Position numbers and translations under genes: made by a program
DNA from: Trichoplax sp. H2
Taxonomy: Eukaryota
Length of the DNA stretch: 64,000 nt
NCBI GenBank assembly: GCA_003344405.1
Contig: NOWV01000030.1
Span: forward strand, 186,001-250,000
Reading direction: 5' to 3'
Notes under the pieces: generated by a model
What the model was told of the DNA's origin: nothing
Database searches by the model: none
Seen by the model: the letters and a program-made list of their open reading frames with translations, nothing else
Shown here: piece after piece, positions 41,421 to 53,866 of the stretch
How positions within the stretch are numbered: the stretch's first letter is position 1
How the letters are laid out: each line of letters begins with the position of its first letter

Positions 41421-44400
41421 AGAAAAATGATACTGTACTGTACTCTATTACTTTTATTCGACACTGACGCAAATGAATCAATATTGAGAAGAAGATTATA
41501 GCTATGAAAAGTCAATACTTATGCTATTCAATTTGTCATTTGTAAAAGGAGAATATCAAACTTATGGTTCAATTCTTCCTTGATGACAATTCAAATTCAT
41601 TGCTGTACTTGCAAGTGGAATAAGCAACAGTTTGATAGCAGCGTTTTTACTTCCGCATTGCATAGAATAGGCGCGCGCAATGGGTAAATTACATATTCAC
41701 TGCAGTGAAAATGACCAAAAATAGCCCGCCAAATGTGAGATAATTTGGCCACAGCATGGAAAAGAGGCCTCATATGGGCACGCTATACTTGTGCAATGGA
41801 TACGATAGGCATTTTAAGCAAGTCTTGCAATATGGATTAGTTAGTGACATTAATTTCTGTTGTTGGTGTAGAAAAGCAGAGTACATTGATTGCAGTGTCA
41901 AGGTGTACGCGTAATATTATTATAATTATGCATTGCATGGTAGACCAGACCAAATCGAATGCAAAGGCTTGACAAGCTGTTGTAGCAGCCAATAAGGCTT
42001 TCATCCTGATCCTTGAATGTCGGTTTACTAGCTCTTACAATATTAATCGTCCCAGGTCTTAAAGAATGTATTTACTTCTCAGAGTAGATTAGTTCCTCTA
42101 TTGTTAAATACAAGGGTAAACAGAAATAAGTTCTGACTCCATCTTAATTTTCCACTTAAGATGCTCATTTTGGTCAGCCATATGGATTTTGAGATGTTTA
42201 TAAATCCTATAAAAGCTTGTGTACTGTACTATGGATATATGCATATTTTTTCATTATGGACGTCGATTTGACTTCTTGACTCTAAATCATGTTTGCTAAT
42301 TAATGATAATCCAGACATACGTTTTTTATCGTTATTTGCTTGGATTATAATACAAACGTGTTCCTTTTCTAGGATTTTTTATATACCTTATGCAATTTTC
42401 TTTAATAATACATATATTAATATATAATTACTTGAAGACGCACTACTGTACTCGTTCAGAGGAATTCTTTGAAACTACTACTGAATCGGTACAATAATGT
42501 TGTACTCGTAGCAATCACTAATCCTACAAGTTTTGTAGTAACTAGCTTAGTTTGTATTCTTATTAAGCGATGATTACTGATTGTGGCAGAGAGAAATGAA
42601 AAACTCTGCATTATTTAAAATAAAAGATCAAGTGAAGTGTACTAAATAGCAATATGATACATTCTAATTTTGTAAATATAGTAAAATTTCTTGTAATCAA
42701 AGATTTCAAAGAATGTGGGTACGATACTAAACAAAATATACACAAGTATTTGTAGAAGGTAACTTTATTTTGATGTTTACCATTACAGAAATGCCATATG
42801 ATTTACGAGGAGTAATGATTAGGATTGACCTTAGTCTACAATGTTATCTTGAGCAATATTTTGAAATTAAAATATTTTTTGATTATTGCCCCATCTGTCA
42901 GCGCTTACATATTGGTTGTCATTATTTACCTTGGGCGATGTAGACAGAAATTTGATCGTCGCAATTTTCTTTTCTATCGTAGCATCTTGTATAATAGAGC
43001 GTACATACCCGTACGTACTACGTAGAGTACAAGAAACTCTAACATTAAAAGTTCATATAGCATTGCTCAAGTGGTAAACTATGATTCGATTGAGTTGCAA
43101 CATGGGCAACGTCCAAGGCTGTTATGAAAAGTTCATGAAACAGTTAGTATACATCCTCTCTAACAAATGTTATAACTCAATGCTGATGTCATAACCGATC
43201 AAAGTTAACTAGTAAAATCGCACTTATTATGCATTCATAAACTATCAATATTTTACTTAGATGTATTTTAATATGGTGCAGCTATAGCAAAAGCTACGTG
43301 TACTAGAATTTCGATCTCCATTCTTTCGCCTACAATATAAAGAATCAAAAATTTTATGACATGATTGACTCATTTTCGGTCCTACCCTATCCATCTTGGT
43401 AGATTCTGTAAATTTATGCAATAGTAGGAACGTTTAAGAAATTAATTTTCCATAAATACGTAAAATGGAAATGATTTGAAGAATACTGCAGTATAACTGT
43501 CGAGACCGGTAACACCCATAACCATATAAATGTATCATGGTAAATCAGTCAAAAAGGTGATTGATATCAGCCACTCTGCAAATTGAATTGTAATAGTATT
43601 TACTGTTTACTTTCACAAAATAACCATGTTAAGTACTGTACGTGTATAACCCATTGGGATGGAATTTTGAAAGATTTTTGAGCATACTCGTATGCACAGT
43701 ACTCGCTGCATCCATTTACAAATTTTGCTGTACTCGTATTTTACTAAATTAATTCTTTACGTACAATATTGTCTAATATTTATAGTATATTCTATAGTAG
43801 TATCGATTTTTAGTTAATCATGTGCTAATGGTGCCTTCAAGAACTACTAAATTCGCCTCCCTATGCAAAAATGATTCTAAAACCTAATCACTACCCAATT
43901 TTTGGAAATGAGATCATTTTAGAGTAGGACAGGAAGATTTAGTAGCCTAAAATAATGCTAAGGGATAGTAGTAGTTGGTTGGTAGCAAAGTCTAACTATA
44001 CAGTACAGTACAGTCGTTAGAAGAGAAAACTTATTATATGAGTTAAATACTAAATACTGGGATATACCGTTTTGTACTGACGAGCGGATAGAAGTCACGT
44101 ACAAATGTACAGATACAAGCCAGTAGTGTAATACTAGTATTAGTCTTGACGGTCCAGAACTGTGCATTTGCATCTGTACAAAATTCTAGATCCAGCACTA
44201 GAGGAAATTAATTAATTGTACTGTACTTTTGTACTTATTATTTAATTTCCATATGATTTTTTATGTAGACGAGTTCATGATGGAGAATTAAAGCAGCTTC
44301 ACTGCTTTAGACCTAGCATTTTGACTACAGTAGTACTTAATATAAATAAAAGTTGGCTATTAATAATTTAGTAGGACGATACTGGACGTCATGGCATTTC

Positions 44401-44627
44401 CAGCAAGTTGTAATTCTTCTTTCTTTTATATTCTTTTCTCTTATTGCCCCATGGGTTACTACGAATTCAAATAGTTTTAAATCATCGCTGCAGGCAGTGT
44501 TAAATCCATGCCAAATCTGCATCGCTTCAAAATTCCAACACAGCCTCTTCTTCGGGTACAAAGTCTAACTCTAAACTAATTAAATAAATAAATCCATTTA
44601 CGGTACAGTATTATACTATACTGTAAA

Positions 44628-45058
44628 TACGGTTCAACAAATTAAGCGAATGCTGGTATCAACATACACCTTTCTTGTCACTATTACAGTATATCGTGTA
44701 TTTCTATAAAATCAAAAAGCATCCTCTATTTGTACGCCTCAATATCTCAAAGAAGATTACACCTTGACGTTGGTACGCAATGAATACCTTTTACAAGTTA
44801 AAATTGAAGGAAAACGCTGAAAGAGTAGAGTAAGTACGGTTCAACAAATTAAGCGAATGCCGGTATCAACATACCTTTCTTGTCACTATTACAGTACCGT
44901 ATATCGTGTATTTCTATAAAATCAAAAAGTATCCTACAGTATATTCGTACGCATCAATATCCCAAAGAAGATTATACCTTGACGTTGGTACGCAATTAAT
45001 ACCTTTTACTATTCTAAAGTTAAAATTGGAGGAAAACATTGAAAGAGTAGACTACGTA
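44628..45058. repeat. Tandem duplication, two copies (44628-44834 and 44835-45058)
   Basis: TACGGTTCAACAAATTAAGCGAATGC recurs at 44628 and 44835. The copies stay collinear to GAAAGAGTAGA with a few small indels. Confidence 0.95.
44895..44941. mobile_element. Two putative Tc1/mariner-type excision footprints (TA-CCG-TA 44895-44901; TA-CAG-TA 44935-44941)
   Basis: Each is a 5-bp insertion after a TA in copy 2 of the duplication and is absent from copy 1. Confidence 0.6.
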
Positions 45059-46996
45059 GGTGTTGAAGAGTTAGTTGATCGAGAACACTGCAGTACAGTA
45101 AGCTCTCAAAATTTTAATTTCAACATTTACCAGTCGTGGATCGTTTTAAGTGCTAACGTTAATAACCACAAAGGAGACAGGACAAGCACTTATATTGCAT
45201 ACAATATTGATTAACAGCGGGGAAAAAAATTCGACAGTCTTTCTAATTTATTCCGCCTGTACAAGTGTACATTAGGGCCTTTTGTATATACTGTATAGTG
45301 CAACTGCAAGCAAGTATAGTACACACTACCAGAGCAGTCTTAAGTGTAGTTTGCTGTGATGTAGCCGCGCACATTACTTTTCAAAGTCAATAAAATGATT
45401 TTATGATTGTCTTGTTTCTTGATCACGTTATGATGGGCTGGTCGAAAATTATGCGTCTTATTCTACTCTTTTTTAAAAGCTTATTCAATGTAAAATAAGT
45501 GGAATTTCCATCGAAACATAGCTACTGTTAAAAATATCATTTTGATTAGTTTAGGAAAAAAAATAAATAACCGCATACGTCCGCCTTTCGCAAAGCAAAT
45601 TTTTAAAATATCTATCGTTGAATTTTTCAAAGCAGGATACCGTACACAAACAGTATATAGCTGATACTCTGTAATGAACAGTATGCATTGTAAACAACGA
45701 GCAGTAGCACTTATTGTGTTTTTTTAAGAAAGCGATGAACTGATTGAAATAATAATAGTTGCCTTTATTATCGTGATCGTAAAACCAGTAAGATGTTGAT
45801 AAAGTAAATTAAATTTTAACAAACTTTTGTATAATACTTTTGTTTGCAAGTAAAAGCATTGTCCTATCAGCTGGCAACTCCTAAAGATCGTAATGATATT
45901 ATTGGATCAACGATATTAGCCTAAAAGATTAGACGCGTAGATGTGTCTACGGTGACCAAGTCTACTTTAAAGTACTACCGGGTTATGACGAAATATTTCC
46001 CTTACAGATAAAGTACTACTTGACGGTTTAATCACGGACAAGGATTGGCAACTTCACTTTCATCGCTTTAGTAGCTTATTCCATGAAATATAAGGTACTC
46101 ATTAATCTTGATGCAAAAATTGGGGTCAAAGTTATCTATAGTAAAATCAGTTATAAATTAATAACTGGCCTTTCGGGCGAAGTACTGTACAATTATTTCA
46201 CGTGGAATCGATAAATCGGATTGGAATCGTAATCAGGTTAGTTACGTATGAAACATATATTTTAACTTCGATCTTAATTAAGTTGAAAATGGTCAAGTTT
46301 TACTATTATTATGAATCCAAACCACAGAAAGAGAATATGCCCAACACTTTCAAGTGTTGGATATATATATCTTGTTGAGATAACGTTGTTCGTTGGATAG
46401 TCATTCTATTTAATTTTTGTTTCCAGACACAAAAGATTTACTGGAACAAAGATTTTCAGTAGATTCGTTTTCGAAATAGTATTCAAAACATCCGTTCTCG
46501 CTCAACTGAATTAAGTGAATACGAGCTATTGTACACTACAATAGAGATCCAGTTTTGCCTTTTTTAAATGACGCTTTAATAATAATTTGGATCTTGTCCT
46601 TGACGTAGTTTATTCTATTGAATAATTGCGCTATACTGTAGTTTTCATTCTCCATAGTTATAATAAAATTGGTACTTTACCTAGGCCAAGGTATGCTTTC
46701 ATATAGTGTAAATTGAGATCCTTCTCGATTGACAATTCATACGTACCTATTTTTATTTTGTATCTGACACGATCAGGTTACTGCACGTTCTGTTCATTTG
46801 ATATCCAATCGAAGATTTGTTCTGTACACTATTTGATCAATTGGTCTTGTCCAGCGTGATCTCCTTAATCTAAGGGATTTTTTTGTTTCAACTCCCAAAA
46901 TTGGTGCTGAACTGTGCGGTGAAGATTAAAAGATAGTATAAACGTGTAAGTGCTAAAAAGCTACCCTATCATCCATTCCTCTTGTTCTGATGAACG

Positions 46997-48607
46997 ATGG
47001 CTCTCCTAGAACCTATTTCGGCTGGCTCGCAACACCATGCTGATATTAATAAAGCCTATTTAACCGACGATAGCGGATTAGAGAAACCATCACTACTAGA
47101 TATTATCGTTACACCACCGAATGAAGACGACAGTAGAGGCAATGTGAATACTGTGACGAAAAATTCGCTGAGGAAATCCGCTTTAATATCATCACCTTCT
47201 ATCGAGTTCACTATTGGAGATAGTCCACCTAATATCGATGGTTATTTAGGTGTACCATCCTATGAATACGATGGAGTATCATCGAGTGACTACGATGATC
47301 CAGTGGATGATACATCCAACGTTTCAAGACGATTTCGAAGTAGATCGTATAGTTTTAGTGCTAGAGGCATCGATGACGACGACCCTGGTCATAAATGGAA
47401 TTACATGAGAGAACGCGCAAGGGATAAATTGCATCCATCAAGAAGTACACAAGAGCTGGATAAAACGTTGCAACCGCCACTGCGCAGGTGTAGATCGAAA
47501 TCTGTCTTTGGCAGTATAAGTAATAATGTTACCTTCACGCTGCCTTATAATGTGCGAAAGCGATTAAGCTTTAGCGAGCTAACGCGAGAAAGGAGTGATA
47601 AAACTCGACTAGGCAGTGGTTATCAATCTCATTATTTCAAAGGCATGGAGCAAAGTGGCTACGATTTGGTTGTACCCGTCATTGATCCCGTCAAGAAAGG
47701 TAAATTAAAAATTCGCTCCAATTCGGCTATTGTGATGACTGCATACGATAAAAAGTTGATTACTATGGCACAAGAAAGAGCCCGAGGCAACAGTTTCAGA
47801 AAATCCAACGGTAATAATCAGCAAAGTAATAATAGAAGCGATATCAACTCATCAGAAACAACTACAATCAATAATCAAGCGCCAACTTCACGTGCTACTG
47901 ACATGGAAGTTGCTACAAAGTCAAAGATCAATAACAACAATAATAAGCTTTATCAAAATCAATCCAATGATGTGGACGTAAAACCGACAGCATCATTTAA
48001 AGTGATACAACCGCTGAGTAATAATACTGCTAATGGTCAATCATCAATCATTGATTCTTCAATGGAGCGACCACATACACCTACATCTGCCTTTCGAAGT
48101 TATCGTCTTCGTGGATCAACATATACATCGCTATCGCAAGATCTTCCTGACGACAAAAGTGAAGACGGCAATAATAGCAATAACAGCAATAATAGCAATA
48201 ATAGCAATAATAGCTCTATCATTGAAGAAAGTAAAGCTAACAGTTACCGCTCAGATAAAAACGATGCCATTAAAGTCAGAATGGATCGCAGCCGTGACAA
48301 TTCCTTCGATGGATTGCCCATTGATCATCATGAAAAGTCCAACGTCGATGCAAACTTTTCACCACGATCGCCTAATCGTTATTCTAATGGTAAATTATTA
48401 CCTGCTTCCAGTGAAGTAATGACCAATGGAAGCCAAACAAATGGCGATCAGCGAAACACTCAAACTGATATGGTATTAAGTTCTAGTCAGGAATCATTTT
48501 CCAATGAGTCATTTCACTTTCAAGTGAGGCAACAATTAAAAGAAATTACCACTAATTTAACTAGCTCTGTTTTAATTCAATATGTGCCAAATCCGTACGA
48601 CATGTAA
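46997..48607 (+). CDS. Hypothetical 536-aa intronless, Ser/Asn/Asp-rich, probably disordered protein with calcineurin-docking-like motifs and many basophilic kinase sites
   Basis: A 1.6-kb open frame in AT-rich DNA with raised GC and an ACGATGG start context. No domain recognised. A possible donor CAA|gtgagg at 48524 could extend the gene. Confidence 0.8.
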   Translation: MALLEPISAGSQHHADINKAYLTDDSGLEKPSLLDIIVTPPNEDDSRGNVNTVTKNSLRKSALISSPSIEFTIGDSPPNIDGYLGVPSYEYDGVSSSDYDDPVDDTSNVSRRFRSRSYSFSARGIDDDDPGHKWNYMRERARDKLHPSRSTQELDKTLQPPLRRCRSKSVFGSISNNVTFTLPYNVRKRLSFSELTRERSDKTRLGSGYQSHYFKGMEQSGYDLVVPVIDPVKKGKLKIRSNSAIVMTAYDKKLITMAQERARGNSFRKSNGNNQQSNNRSDINSSETTTINNQAPTSRATDMEVATKSKINNNNNKLYQNQSNDVDVKPTASFKVIQPLSNNTANGQSSIIDSSMERPHTPTSAFRSYRLRGSTYTSLSQDLPDDKSEDGNNSNNSNNSNNSNNSSIIEESKANSYRSDKNDAIKVRMDRSRDNSFDGLPIDHHEKSNVDANFSPRSPNRYSNGKLLPASSEVMTNGSQTNGDQRNTQTDMVLSSSQESFSNESFHFQVRQQLKEITTNLTSSVLIQYVPNPYDM

Positions 48608-50516
48608 ATTAGAGCCATCAATATTCTTAAATAGATTGGAATGGGTACTGTAATTGGCGTTGAAAAAAAAAAAAACACCAACGTAAACACAAAACCAACA
48701 AAACATTTCTATCGGAAAATGGCTCATTACGCTGATCTTTTGATAAATTTACTAAAAAATAATATTCTTACACTGCTATATTGACTCCAATTAAATTCGA
48801 TTGAATGTTGAATCGTTGATCCGTTTTATTTACGGCACTTATGCCGATTTTGTTTTTACTGTCAAGTCCACGGGATGCTGTCACGCCTGTCATTAACGTA
48901 ATAATGTACTGTATGTATTGTATAATATAAAAAAGCAGCAAAAATACGATAATTTAAATTCGGTAAAAAGAAAAAAATGATGATATCCTCAGTCAGAGTT
49001 AAAAAAATTTATAATGGACCTACTGCACTAGACATTCTTAGTTTACTTATCGAATGTATTTGTTTAATACAACATTTTTCTGGATTGTGCAGTAGTCTTT
49101 GCGCTATTTTTGTTGCCGACGCTAAGTCAACAAGACTCCTTGTCGATGTTTTCGTGTCTATTAAGTTATCATTTTGGGGGGGGAAATCATATTTGCCGTT
49201 TCAAAATTATCTCGGTAACCTGACGGTCTAAATAATATCCGGTACTTCCGATTTATATTTAATCCAGTTATTACATAATTACTTATAGAGTCGTTATATA
49301 GTATTTTTCTTTTTTTGAGATGGATTCTGTCGTATTATCCATAAACACCGTATATATACATTGTACACTGTACAGTACTACAGTAGCATAATAATACATC
49401 GGTTTGGGCTTACATTATAAAACTCTGTATTCAAAAATTAAAATTATAAATTGCTGCACTATGCCATACTCACTACATCTCCATTGGATTAATTATTACA
49501 TAATCTAATTATTTTAGCCGGTTTATCATGTTCTTATTATATTGTCTATAACTACAGTACATACAGTTTATGTTGGTGTAGATATAGTCCGTCTTATGCT
49601 AATCTACAACTGATTTTAAATCACTCATTACACACACCTACTAAATACGGCAATGATCTACGTTATGCGGAGTTTTTCTTTTTTCCTGTCCTATCATTTT
49701 AATAATTCATTATCTTTATGGTTTCGTTACTTGTACCCATCTATACGGTATGCTGTTAAAATTTTGGTATAAACCAACTTGTAAGAGGAGCTGCTTTTAT
49801 GGAAAATTATATTGCGTACAGCAATACTATTATTACAGATGTAACCGATTTTTGGTAATTTTTACCGTGCTGCAGAATGCATAACTTACAGACAAATTAT
49901 CTTTAAAGCATAATAAAAATTTAACTGCTCGACAGGTTTTACAAAGAAATTTTGGTTATCACTTTTTGTTAATCTATCTTTATTACTATCAGAAGAATCA
50001 GACATTGCTTTAATCGCTTTAGATAGAATAAGCGATTGGCTTCGTTCCTTGTATTGAAAGTGAAAAGAAAAAATCACTTATCAAGAACTACAGATCAATT
50101 TTTCAGGATATAAAGTAAAGAAAACATAGGCTGCACGTTAGCCTATTAGGCTTAATTCAATGTCATCGATCCGAAAACTGATACCATTTGTTATTCTATA
50201 TACATACATTGAAATCTAGAGGTTTATGCTGATAATTTTTTTTCATTGGTTACAGTTACATTATAGGAAGCACTGTTTTATGTAGAATTGATATCAAACA
50301 AGTCTCTAAAATGAATAAAGTGTACTACTAACAGTAGCGTTACTACAGCATAGTATATGAGTACATTAAAATCTCTCCTTGTAAGTACAAAAATCTTAAA
50401 TAAAGAATTTGATTACATTATACATTATACTCGTATATTGAAGTCATTCTAACTGTTATAAATTATATTTTGATTGTATGTACGCATTTTTTATTTCATC
50501 TCTACCCTGTCTTTAC

Positions 50517-53500
50517 TCATAAATCTTCGTGTTCAATCATTATTAGCATAACTGTTACGTTATCGCCACTTTGTTTACGAACAGCTTCCTTTGCAAGTTG
50601 GCGGCAAACAGCCGCATGACGCCGAACGACTATTGACTTCTGGCTCATTTGTTTCGTTTGTTCATCATCTAATATACAAAAATGTAGTATAATTACGTTT
50701 ATGTGAGAATTTCGCCTTCAGAATACTTAATTCTCTACCATTGTTTGGAATTCCAAAATGTTCATCCTGAAAGAATATAATAGCAAACCATGCAATGAAA
50801 TATTACCGGAAGCCATAAAGGAAGAGAAATAAAAAACTTATAATAATTATAAAAGGGAAAATATATTAAGAGATTAAGTTTAAATCGGACATTAGTATCA
50901 GAGTATGTGTCTAAAAGGCGAATAAATTTACCTGTAATAACGAATCAACGTAGGATATCGCTTCATCAACACCAAATGACTTCCACAGTCCATCGCAAGC
51001 AATAACAACGAATCTAGTGTTAAATTATGGTCATAAAAAGTGGTGGTGTTATGGATTACCAAAAAAGCTATATTTAACATCACAATGAAAGCATAAGACA
51101 ACGAATTAGTCAATACTTGTCATTCTTTGTTAGCGTGCAGCGTTTAACGTCGGGGATGCATGAAACTCCGCAATGTTTGAAGCGGCCATCGCCAATTGAT
51201 CGAGCTACTTCTAAGATACCCATTACTCTGCCATCTCTAGAGTACATATCAGAACAAACCAATTCGTTGAAGTATAATGTAAAGTTGATTCCTGTAAATT
51301 ATATTATATCAAACTGAACGTAAATAATATTATATACTTTACAAAACCACCACATTTTTGTATTCTCATCCGTTCCTCGTACTAATTATGATAAATAAGA
51401 TTACATGCAGCTTATTAGTATTTATATTCCTCTTCTATAGTAAATTAAAATAAAAAAAAATTCAATCGAAATAACAAATATTATCTAAAGCGTTTCTGTA
51501 AAAGAATTGCAATGACATTCCTATTTACGTACATCTGTTGGCGTTTGATCTTTAGTTAATCTTAACGCTGTTACTTTTCCATCGTCTGTATATCTACACA
51601 ATACGGCCTATGAAAAAAATATACGTTCATGAACAAGAATCATTGCTGATTGAGTATGACCCATCTCTTTTGATCTCAAATTGAATGATTTTCGTAGGAA
51701 AAGGTGTTTACAATGCTTACTTTACTATCACCAAGATTTGCAATATATAGCACATTATCGACCACTAATACAGTGCTAGCTGTAGATCCATCTTTCCATG
51801 TTGGTGTACTAAAGTAAATGTTAAAAGCGAAGCTCGCTTAAGTATATTGAAAGAACATTATGCAATCGCAATTCTTGACTAAATGGCTATTTCGATCGTA
51901 GCAATGTTTGTGTGCGTATTTGAAAGAAAACCATTCACTTTACAAGTAGCAATCGTTACTTAGTTTTAACGTTATCTTAAGCGTTTATTCATGGTCATTT
52001 AATACATCTAAGCAAATTATGTATAGTATTGTGTTAATATACTGTAAGATTCATTTAGCTATAGTATCATTCTATCCTTAACTATTCATAGTAGTGTATA
52101 CCACATTAGAACTAATACTATCAGTTGCTTACGCAGCTGAGGCCAGTTGTAAGAATGCATCATCAGTTTTTTTAAATGCATCAGTCAGGCACATTTTAAT
52201 CTCTCTATCCTTGTTTGCCACTTTTCCTGCAAGCAGGGTATAAAAATACTTAGCTAGGTAGTTCATGTTTAGGTATTATCTTTTTGCGTGATTATTAAAA
52301 CATCACCCACACAATGCGTAATGCGATTAGTGTGCAACAGTGATGGTATTTTGTGTAGTCAAGATATGAAATCGAATTACCTTTTGGATACATTTGTACG
52401 ATCAATTTATGTAAATTTTCCGCAGCATATTGTGATGCTCTTTTTCCTGCATGACCATCGAATATTCCATAGAATCCTAATTTATCTCTGGATGAAAGGA
52501 CAGGTTGAGTTAACTTTAACCTCCTTAAAGTCGGTCTACGAGAGATTTTATTAAATACTGTATAAAGTTAAATCAACGAAGTAATTGTATTACGCATTTT
52601 TAGGCTTTTCATCGAAGCAACCGGTGAGATCATCTTGGATGTAATATGCATCCTGCATTTCATCCCTTTCTCCTTGCATTTCACCGATATAGCCAGTTAA
52701 TGAATAAGTAGTTGTACCAACTGTATTTATCGAAAATATAACCGTTACGTATTTAATATAAGGGGTTTCTTTTCAGTTATTGATAACAAATCAGTAAAGT
52801 GCAAAAAATGTGTAGGAGAGAAGTGCTGAATAGTAATTTAATTCCTTCGTTATTAAAACAGATCTTACCACTGGCTTGACGTTTGCAATTTACAACATCA
52901 TTGTCATTTTCTAACTTTCTCTTTGCGGTGTTACTATTCGTATCGCTTTGATCGGTTGTCGTTTGATTGTTGGATGATTTAGTAGAATGAGTTTCCTGCT
53001 GCTGATCACTAGTAGTACCTAGGCATGAAAATTTGATATTGCAGTCAAACAGAAAGACAATAATTGTCATGATAGTTTATTAAGTTATCGCAAGTCAACC
53101 ATGAAAGATAGAAATAGAGCGTACTTTAATTTTAGAAGTACAGTAAACTTAACTTTGAACTAAACTAGCAATACATTCATTGAGCATTTGGTCCATTTTG
53201 CTGTTTTACTTGACAAGAAGTTTTTCTAACACCGTACAGTATCTGAGAATTTCTTTATCATCTACTAGTATATTATAAAGGATAACAGGCTAGAGTATCC
53301 ATTTTAGTCTAGTATGAATGAGTGTTGTGCGTAGCAGTTAGGTTTAACTACAAAGTCTGACTTAATTACTGTATCAATTAAGCAAAGAGTAAATGTACAT
53401 CAATCTACAGTATTCGAAGTGGTAGAGTAGTATTGAATCCATGGCAGGCATTTTCTGTACAGTATAGCTGTTGTGTATGCAGTGTCCGCGTGAATGATAA

Positions 53501-53866
53501 CTACTCATTGATGGTGTGACTTTAATTTGTCTACCATACAAGAGGACTATGCATGTAGACTAGCATGTACAACTGTCCACAATACTGTACTCGCATATAT
53601 ATAACTATGTTGTGAAGACAGTAACAAACTTTGTAGAAATGTGCATCTTAGTTAGTGCAGTGTTGGATTATAATTCATGACAATGGATTATCATTCTATC
53701 ACATCTATATTATAGATAGTAATAGCCTCTTACTCTAGACTCAATAGACTACATATTGATTACTGTGGCATGCATTATGTCTAGTAAGGAAACAAGAAAA
53801 GACTCTCCACTATTGAGTCCGATTCTTACATGATTTCGGTGCAGGCAGATCACCAAAGAGATCCAT
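50517..53866 (-). CDS. ILKAP: Integrin-linked kinase-associated PP2C phosphatase, multi-exon
   Basis: Exon 1 (53866-53830) encodes MDLFGDLPAP, like ILKAP MDLFGDLPEP. PP2C motifs GERDEMQDAY, FYGIFDGHAG, WKDGSTA, IANLGDSK, YEERMRIQKCGG, RVMGILEVARSIGDG, LACDGLWK, SGDNVTVM. Confidence 0.93.

Noticed and set aside
44906..45214. 102-aa ORF
   Set aside because: Non-ATG start, lies mostly in one copy of a duplication whose other copy is frameshifted, and no recognisable motif.
48033..48419. 128-aa ORF with AIIAITAII hydrophobic run
   Set aside because: Alternate-frame reading of the AATAATAGC repeat inside the 536-aa ORF.
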